Shown here: piece after piece, positions 58,007 through 64,000 of the stretch | Layout: each line of letters begins with the position of its first letter | How positions within the stretch are numbered: position 1 is the stretch's first letter | Origin: Thermodesulfobacteriota bacterium | GTDB lineage: Bacteria; Desulfobacterota; Desulfobacteria; Desulfobacterales; C00003060 | Reading direction: 5' to 3' | Assembly (NCBI GenBank): GCA_034189385.1 | Contig: JAXHVD010000001.1 | Span: 192,001 to 256,000 of the forward strand | DNA: 64,000 bases | The notes under the pieces: model-generated | What the model was told of the DNA's origin: nothing | The model's database searches: none | The model's input: the letters and a program-made list of their open reading frames with translations, nothing else | Made by a program: the position numbers and the translations under genes

Positions 58007-59116
58007 TCAGATCATGGTCTCAAGAGGAGTGTATTGGAGGTTAAAGGCCTGTGCAACTGCCTTGTAAGTGATTTTTCCGCCAAAGACATTCACGCCCTTT
58101 GCCAAGGCGGGGTCCTTTTGCACGGCGCCCAAGATCCCCTCTTGAGCGAGTTTAACGACATAGGGTAGAGTGGCGTTGGACAAGGCATAGGTGCTGGTCC
58201 GCGGGACAGCACCAGGCATATTGGTGACGCCGTAATGAAGGATGCCGTCCACTATGTGTATAGGGTCCGAGTGGGAAGTAGGGAGGGTTGTCTCTATGCA
58301 TCCTCCCTGATCCACCGAGACGTCCACAACCACGCTCCCGGGTTCCATGGTTCTGATCATCTCGCGGGTCACCAGACGGGGTGCTCTGGCACCTTTTAAC
58401 AGGACTGCGCCAATGAGTAAATCGGCTGTTTTCACGGCATGGGCAATGTTTATGGGATTGGCACTCAGGGTTGTAAGCCGGCCGTGGAGGATCGGGTCCA
58501 GATACCGGAGGCGGTCCGTGTCTACATCCATCAGAATCACACGTGCTCCCATGCCAAGGGCCACCTGGGCTGCGCTGGTTCCCACCACACCAGCCCCAAG
58601 GATCGTCACATCTGCTGGACGGACACCGGCCACACCGCCCAGGAGTTTCCCGCGACCACCACGGGTCTTTTCCAGACATTGTGCTCCCACTTGAACCGCC
58701 ATGCGTCCAGCCACCTCACTCATGGGGATAAGCAACGGCAGGCTGCCGTCTGGTCGTTCAACGGTTTCGTAGGCGATGCCGGTCACCCCCCTCTTTACCA
58801 TTTCCAGGGTCAGGTCCCTTTCCGCAGCCAGATGGAGATAGGTGAACAACACCAGATCCGGGCCCATGAACCCGTATTCAGAGGGCTGAGGCTCCTTGAC
58901 CTTGACTACCAGGTCCGAACTCCACACGTCTTCTGCTCGGGAGGCCAGAGAGGCTCCGGCTACTTGGTATTCCTCGTCCTTAAATCCACTTTCTTCGCCA
59001 GCCCCTGTTTCCACGCGTACCTCGTGTCCGCTTTCAATCATCTGCCGAACGCCCCCAGGCATCATGGCTACTCGGTACTCGTCCGGTTTAACTTCCTTGG
59101 GCAATCCAATAATCAT
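58007..59116 (-). CDS. ald: Alanine dehydrogenase
   Basis: GLPKEVKPDEYRV, KVKEP, FTYLHLA, PMSEVAGR, VDQGGC, NMPGAVPRTST. Confidence 0.97.
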   Translation of the reverse strand: MIIGLPKEVKPDEYRVAMMPGGVRQMIESGHEVRVETGAGEESGFKDEEYQVAGASLASRAEDVWSSDLVVKVKEPQPSEYGFMGPDLVLFTYLHLAAERDLTLEMVKRGVTGIAYETVERPDGSLPLLIPMSEVAGRMAVQVGAQCLEKTRGGRGKLLGGVAGVRPADVTILGAGVVGTSAAQVALGMGARVILMDVDTDRLRYLDPILHGRLTTLSANPINIAHAVKTADLLIGAVLLKGARAPRLVTREMIRTMEPGSVVVDVSVDQGGCIETTLPTSHSDPIHIVDGILHYGVTNMPGAVPRTSTYALSNATLPYVVKLAQEGILGAVQKDPALAKGVNVFGGKITYKAVAQAFNLQYTPLETMI

Positions 59117-59195
59117 GTGACTGGCCTCCGTGCCGGTGCTTCAACGACTCTGTTTACGATCGTGCAAGGGGGGGCGATCATGGTCCTGCGGGAGC

Positions 59196-59360
59196 CTATT
59201 TGCCGATCTTGCAGTCTCCGCATCCGCAGACAGGGCAAGGTTCATGGATTCCATGATCAGAGCCTTTGTCATCTGTTAAGACGCGATCCACATAGACCTT
59301 AAAAGCATGACCGCACTCCGGACAAAAGGCATCAACCTTCTCATGCTCTGCTTCTTCCAT
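59196..59360 (-). CDS. 54-aa zinc-ribbon microprotein (not in ORF track)
   Basis: MEEAEHEKVDAFCPECGHAFKVYVDRVLTDDKGSDHGIHEPCPVCGCGDCKIGK*; co-oriented between two minus-strand genes. Confidence 0.75.
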   Translation of the reverse strand: MEEAEHEKVDAFCPECGHAFKVYVDRVLTDDKGSDHGIHEPCPVCGCGDCKIGK

Positions 59361-59403
59361 CGCTTATCATCCTTCCAATCCTTTTTCTGCCTCTCAATGT
59401 TGC

Positions 59404-60567
59404 CTATCTCTTCTCAATCTTGCGCCAATTCAGGTTCGAACCGATATTTGGGTTGAAACTCGGGCTCTCGGAAAGGACGTATTCTCCAAGGCTGTTGGTC
59501 CAGACGTTGTCGTATCCGGCAGGCAGCTCTACATTCTTTTCCTCTATAGGGTTGTAATATTTGTCAACACCTCTAATGTACTGACTAAAGCTGTCGGCAA
59601 TTTTGTCATTGACTGCCTGTCTCTCATAGAAGGATTTCATGGACATTTCGCTGATTTCATTGCTTGTCTGACTGATGATCTTGCTCAGCTGACCAACACT
59701 ATGAATCTGCTGAATCTGTTTTTGAATCAGGTATTCAACCACCTGGTTATACTTGGCAAACCACTTTGGGCTCAACTCAAAAGAATAGGCTATGGCCTGG
59801 AACGTCTTGGAATGGACATCCAGTCTCCCTTTCTCTGCCTTGAATGAGAAGATGTGGTCAACATACCAATTGATATTCGTCACCACTCCGGCCATGGTCT
59901 GTATAGGGAAGGCCATGGATTGAACGACTGTGTAGATCTCCTCCTCTATGGTGTTGCCCTTTTGGTTGTATTCAATACGTATTTTTCCTCCATCGGCTGA
60001 CACAGAGACACCAGGTTGTGAATGTGTTCCAGCCCCCACTGCTTTGGCGAGGTCGGGAAGGGATTGTTCATTGACGATTCGCAAGTCAGAGACATTCTGT
60101 CTAAACCGTGGAACAACAATTTGCTTGAGCGCTTCCACCGGCCTCGCAAGGGGACGGACTTCGTTTCCGAAATAGCGTGAACCAATGGGGAACATGGATA
60201 GTGTCATCTGATTGTTCGTCCAAAAAAAGGGCTGTGTAGGAAAGACCTCGAATTCTTCTGTACCCTCTGGATTCCAAACCCGAAAACCTGCTGAAGCAGG
60301 CATGCCAGGGTTGTCGAGTACCCATTTGATGCCGCCCTCAAATTGCCACTCCGACGGAATGAGCATGCGAAAGGCCTCCATGCCTGTGCCCTGTCGGTCA
60401 ACGTAGCTGAAGGTCTTGAATCGAAGACCCGTTCCTATTTCACTGGCAGATAGACCTGGCGGTGTAGCGCCCTTCCCCCTGTTTCCAGCTTCATCGGGTT
60501 TTTCACCACACGTCAAGCTGGTGGCAAGGAGCAGCAACAATGCCACAAACACCACCTTTCTTCCCAT
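59404..60567 (-). CDS. Hypothetical exported protein / lipoprotein
   Basis: AAGGAGG RBS, hydrophobic signal with SLTC lipobox-like motif, long protein-like ORF. Confidence 0.78.
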   Translation of the reverse strand: MGRKVVFVALLLLLATSLTCGEKPDEAGNRGKGATPPGLSASEIGTGLRFKTFSYVDRQGTGMEAFRMLIPSEWQFEGGIKWVLDNPGMPASAGFRVWNPEGTEEFEVFPTQPFFWTNNQMTLSMFPIGSRYFGNEVRPLARPVEALKQIVVPRFRQNVSDLRIVNEQSLPDLAKAVGAGTHSQPGVSVSADGGKIRIEYNQKGNTIEEEIYTVVQSMAFPIQTMAGVVTNINWYVDHIFSFKAEKGRLDVHSKTFQAIAYSFELSPKWFAKYNQVVEYLIQKQIQQIHSVGQLSKIISQTSNEISEMSMKSFYERQAVNDKIADSFSQYIRGVDKYYNPIEEKNVELPAGYDNVWTNSLGEYVLSESPSFNPNIGSNLNWRKIEKR

Positions 60568-60628
60568 GGCAAGCCCTCCTTTTCGCATTTTCACTTACTT
60601 TCCATGGTCCGGTGAGGCAGGGTGCCGT

Positions 60629-60883
60629 TCATTCTTTGGAAGACGCCCCGTCCAGCAACCAGGAAAACTCAAGACCTGGACCGACACATCGCCACCCGTC
60701 CTTTTTCAATTGTGTCCCTGTGGCCCTGAAGTCCACGCCTTTCAGCCTTTCTATGACATGAGCCCCGTTCTTCTCGTCAACCCAGAAAGACACGGCCTCT
60801 CCTGACTTGGCAAGGAGGACGCACCCGCCATTTGTGTGCTGAAAGAGCCTCTGTGCTCCTGGGTCACCCTTGGGGTTTCTCAT
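60629..60883 (-). CDS. Hypothetical protein
   Basis: Protein-like ORF (AVSFWVDE...LKKDGWRCVGPG) co-oriented with neighbours; weak RBS. Confidence 0.5.
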   Translation of the reverse strand: MRNPKGDPGAQRLFQHTNGGCVLLAKSGEAVSFWVDEKNGAHVIERLKGVDFRATGTQLKKDGWRCVGPGLEFSWLLDGASSKE

Positions 60884-61044
60884 GGTCCAGGTCCTTGGAA
60901 ACAGGAAATGATGAAAAAGCTGAGAAGGACAAAAGAGAGACTCAAGGCCCGGGGGCTTGATATCGGAGATGTCGCTCCCGGCTCTTTTGGTCAACCTGCT
61001 TCTATTTACTCGTCGTTGACTACGAACGCAGCCAAGAGCTCTTG

Positions 61045-61206
61045 TCACTTCTGCAACAGCTTCTTGACTTGCGACGCATTCTCTTGGCTCTTCAGATAAG
61101 CGCTATGAGCCGCTTGGAAAAGCTCGTCGCCCTGTTGGGCGCACTCCAAGAGCTCACGCTGGAGTCGCTCAACCTTTGATGCGATGATGTCCTTTTTCTT
61201 GAGCAT
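61045..61206 (-). CDS. 53-aa coiled-coil-like microprotein (not in ORF track)
   Basis: AAGGAGG RBS; MLKKKDIIASKVERLQRELLECAQQGDELFQAAHSAYLKSQENASQVKKLLQK*. Confidence 0.65.
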   Translation of the reverse strand: MLKKKDIIASKVERLQRELLECAQQGDELFQAAHSAYLKSQENASQVKKLLQK

Positions 61207-61374
61207 TGCCTTTCCTCCTTGAAACAGCCATTGGCAGTCGGGATACTTCTTGGCATTCTTTTCTCTTGGAAGAAATCAGGGTCATATGGCAGCCAATCGG
61301 CTTTGGTTCATTGCTTTCTCGGGGCAGATTCCCTGACAGCAGAAGCACCCTAGGGCAGAGCAAGGCGTTCTTGC

Positions 61375-61704
61375 TCAGCCGAACTGGGCTTTCAGCTTGG
61401 TACACTCATAGCCTCTGCAATATTTTGGCCGGTAGGGATAAATAGTGCACCCTTTTTGGGGCGCCAAATACCAGCAGCCTTTACAGCACTTCTGGCAGTC
61501 CATACAAAATTGTTGCCTATCACTGGGATGAAGGGCGTCGTAGCCTTTGTCGTATTCACCGAAGAAAGGCCCAAAAGGGAATTCATAGAAGCATGCTTCG
61601 CAATAAACGGCGTCGCCATGGTCTACGTCAAAAAGGGCAGTCTCGTCTGTCAGAGTCTTGCCGCATCCCACGCATTGATAGGATTGAGCATATTTATCTT
61701 CCAT
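61375..61704 (-). CDS. Cys-cluster protein (YkgJ/CxxCxxCC family) with N-terminal zinc finger
   Basis: CVGC..CEAC, CMDCQKCC, GCTIYPYRPKYCRGYEC. Confidence 0.78.
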   Translation of the reverse strand: MEDKYAQSYQCVGCGKTLTDETALFDVDHGDAVYCEACFYEFPFGPFFGEYDKGYDALHPSDRQQFCMDCQKCCKGCWYLAPQKGCTIYPYRPKYCRGYECTKLKAQFG

Positions 61705-61731
61705 GGTCTCTGAAAGCCGTGTCCAGTTTGG

Positions 61732-61932
61732 TCAACAACGCTGCCCTTTTCTCTTGAGAACACCATGATGGTCCTGTCGCTGGACTTTCTCATGGCAGGG
61801 ATGGTTCTTGTAAACAAGCCGTCTTTTTTTCCTGCAGTAAAGGGCTTGAAAGGTTCGGCAAGATCCAGACCCATCCATTGCATGATCGTCGGGCCAATCT
61901 GCGTACTCGCATTGCATGTCACAAAACTCCAT
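61732..61932 (-). CDS. Small Cys-rich conserved hypothetical protein
   Basis: FCDMQCEYA...DGSGSCRTF.ALYC...KNHPC. Confidence 0.7.
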   Translation of the reverse strand: MEFCDMQCEYADWPDDHAMDGSGSCRTFQALYCRKKRRLVYKNHPCHEKVQRQDHHGVLKRKGQRC

Positions 61933-62023
61933 TCCTCTGGACCTTATCCTTGCCGCGCTATTTTCGTCTTTCAGCAGGGCCGGCACCTATACCCATTTTG
62001 TTGCTGCTGGCCGGGCCTTCGTC

Positions 62024-62401
62024 TTAAAGTCCAATGTAGAGCTCTACGGGATTCTGATAAAAGGGTAACTTGTGGGAACGTGTATACCAGATGTCCACAT
62101 GGATTATCTTCTCGGACCTGTCTACTTTGACTCTGACATCTTCTCTTGTATAATCAGCATCCGTGGAGTTCAATAATGTGATGATTTCGGCTTCTATGTT
62201 CCTCTGAGTGTCTCGGGGATGGTTTACAAAAGCAAACTCTAATTTTCCTCTGATGGACTCCTGGAGATTGTAATGATCCCAGTAAATCGGCACAAGCTGA
62301 AACCCTGCATAAACAAATGCACCTATGATGGTAAGGGTAAGAATGGCCTTTATCCAGGCCGTTCCACATTCATTGCCTGCTGAGAAAAGACTCTTGTTCA
62401 T
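62024..62401 (-). CDS. DUF4845-like prepilin-type membrane protein
   Basis: G followed by hydrophobic helix and QLVPIYWDHYNL. Confidence 0.6.
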   Translation of the reverse strand: MNKSLFSAGNECGTAWIKAILTLTIIGAFVYAGFQLVPIYWDHYNLQESIRGKLEFAFVNHPRDTQRNIEAEIITLLNSTDADYTREDVRVKVDRSEKIIHVDIWYTRSHKLPFYQNPVELYIGL

Positions 62402-63477
62402 AGCACATGCCCCCTTCCCCCAAGAGACTTGGGGTGCTCCTGTATATAAACATCCTCGGCTCCTTGGCTCCTTCAATCCTTGGACCCTTGTCTCCAACTA
62501 GTGTCGTGTCTCAGAAATTCGTTTAAAAAGCAGAGTGCCGCCTTCAAGCCATTTTCCGGGCTCCGTGAGCATTTCCTGGACGTCAGCTTGGTTCCGCTGA
62601 ATCATGCACGAAGTGAAGCACTGGCGCTAAAACTCTCCGCCAGGGCGGATCAAACAGTTTATGATTCTTAACGCTTCACTCAGCTGACCTCTGATTCCGA
62701 AAATGCTCAATGTCGCACGTAAAAGGCTTTCGGCTGCACAGTAACTAATGGCACTTCTGCTTCATGACACTAGATTTGGAGAAGAACCATATTTTCTAAT
62801 CGGGCCGAAAAGCATGGAGTAGGTTGATAGAGATAGCAGGACGCTATCATAGGGTCGGGGCTTTTCGCCCCACTTTTCAGTCCATTGAGCAGGGACTCCA
62901 GACGTTTGAATCGGAGATTCGTCATTGGACAAGACGGCGGAATCAGGTAATTTCACCGGTGCCGCCCTTTTTTGAGCACCCTTCATGAAGAGAAGAATCT
63001 CTCCTCAACATGCCATGTGGTGCCCTATTCGGCCAAGATCACATCTGTTTGCTATCCTTAGCGTCGTCTGGCCCCATGGGCCTATATGGAAAGCAGACGT
63101 CCGTGGCCGTTCCCAAATGGCGACAAAGCCCACAAACAGACCTCCCCTCTCTTGGGAAGAAAGGCTGGACGCAGCTGTGAGAACCTCAGTGAGAATGGGC
63201 GCTGTGCGTCACTGCTACGTGCTCGTGTTGAGGTCCTTGGTGGGAATCGATCATTGCTGTGAGGCTCCCGATGAGAACAACAGCCGTCACTAAGGTGGTA
63301 ATAATGGTCCATACAATCTGCTTCATGACACTCAATCCTTTCTATTGCAGGAATGAACCTCCCAGCAGCGAATCGACTGCCTTCGTCGAAGTCTAGCTGC
63401 ATGGGTTGGTCCTGCGACAGTCCCCAAAGGCCATAGCTTAAACGCTCTTGTTCCCATACACGGAAAATGATCACAGG

Positions 63478-63688
63478 TCAAATCTTTACGACGCACAGTG
63501 CGAGGCGTTCGATCTTGGTCAAAAGGGCCTCTGCCTGGTCTCGGCTCCCGCGATTGGTGATATCCCCTGAAATAAGAACTGCTTGGGCCTCTGTGATGCC
63601 AGGGATATTCCCTATGCGTGACACAGTCATGAATGTCGCCAATGGCAATTCAAAAGGGTCCTGTTTCGACCCCACGCATCCTGGTCAT
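63478..63688 (-). pseudogene. Disrupted metallophosphoesterase
   Basis: F-stop-IAIGDIHD, then a frameshift to IPGITEAQAVLISGDITNRG; truncated before the GN motif. Confidence 0.75.
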
Positions 63689-63797
63689 GTGTCCTTTTCC
63701 TTTTGTCCTTGGTTCTCTCGGCCACCAGAAGAATGGTGCGTCCTCTTGTTCCCATGGGCTCTGCCCCGTCTGCCGCTCGTCAGCGTCCTCCGTGCAA

Positions 63798-63935
63798 TGA
63801 ACCGATTAAGCGAGCGCATTCCCCGTAGGTTCTGCCTAGCGGCGGTGCTTCGCAGGCTGCGGGGTTAGCGAGCGTATATAAAATGAGACATATTCCTTAC
63901 GGTCGAAGATTCCCTGCAGCTTGCAGGGTCTTCAA
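63798..63935 (+). repeat. Palindromic dispersed element, copy F
   Basis: TGAACCGATTAAGCGAGCGCATTCCCCG...GCGGGGTTAGCGAGCGTATATAAAATGAGACATATTCCTTACGGTCGAAGATTCCCTGCAGCTTGCAGGGTCTTCAA; central part identical to copy C. Confidence 0.88.
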
Positions 63936-64000
63936 TCTTGAAGAGGCCCTTGGGCCTCCCAGGGAAGATGGGGGCTTATACCAGATTTCAGGGGGATGTC

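Noticed and set aside
62455..62490. Short degenerate 7-8-mer tandem repeats (also near 35205-35240 and 53430-53460)
   Set aside because: Only 3-4 imperfect units each; too weak to assign a function.
63082..63474. 130-aa ORF as a real gene
   Set aside because: No RBS or recognisable motif; lies in a decayed region and may be a pseudogene fragment.
63648..63654. In-frame UGA in the metallophosphoesterase fragment as Sec recoding
   Set aside because: Position corresponds to Trp, not Cys, and the gene is also frameshifted and truncated.

Overview
Chromosomal window (about 50% GC) from an anaerobic Desulfobacterota-like (deltaproteobacterial) genome; the taxonomy is inferred from gene content and style. 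It is mostly housekeeping: rdgB, fabF, hldE, ispG, archaeal-type proS, rel, rpmB, polA, mutS2, TatD, nth, coaE, Fe-SOD, slyD, ald and two tRNA-Ser genes. It also holds a Liv-type ABC transporter near a phenylacetate-CoA ligase, a metal-homeostasis cluster and a decaying accessory end. The strongest signals are not explained by the ORF track. (1) A DUF523/TudS gene has an in-frame UGA at the conserved SPSCG cysteine followed by a SECIS-like hairpin, so it is a predicted selenoprotein. (2) A classical ribosome-dependent attenuator (32-aa leader with WCWWW, antiterminator, U8 terminator) controls the Liv-type transporter. (3) An orphan sigma54-driven peptide has a double-glycine leader. (4) Six copies of a modular palindromic element, five ending in TTCAA, resemble non-autonomous IS200/IS605 derivatives. 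(5) A 204-bp MITE has an 8-bp target duplication. (6) A sensor kinase has a degenerate ATP-binding domain, and there are several unannotated microproteins. No CRISPR array, rRNA, prophage or intact transposase was seen. All family assignments come from motif recognition by eye, not database searches.
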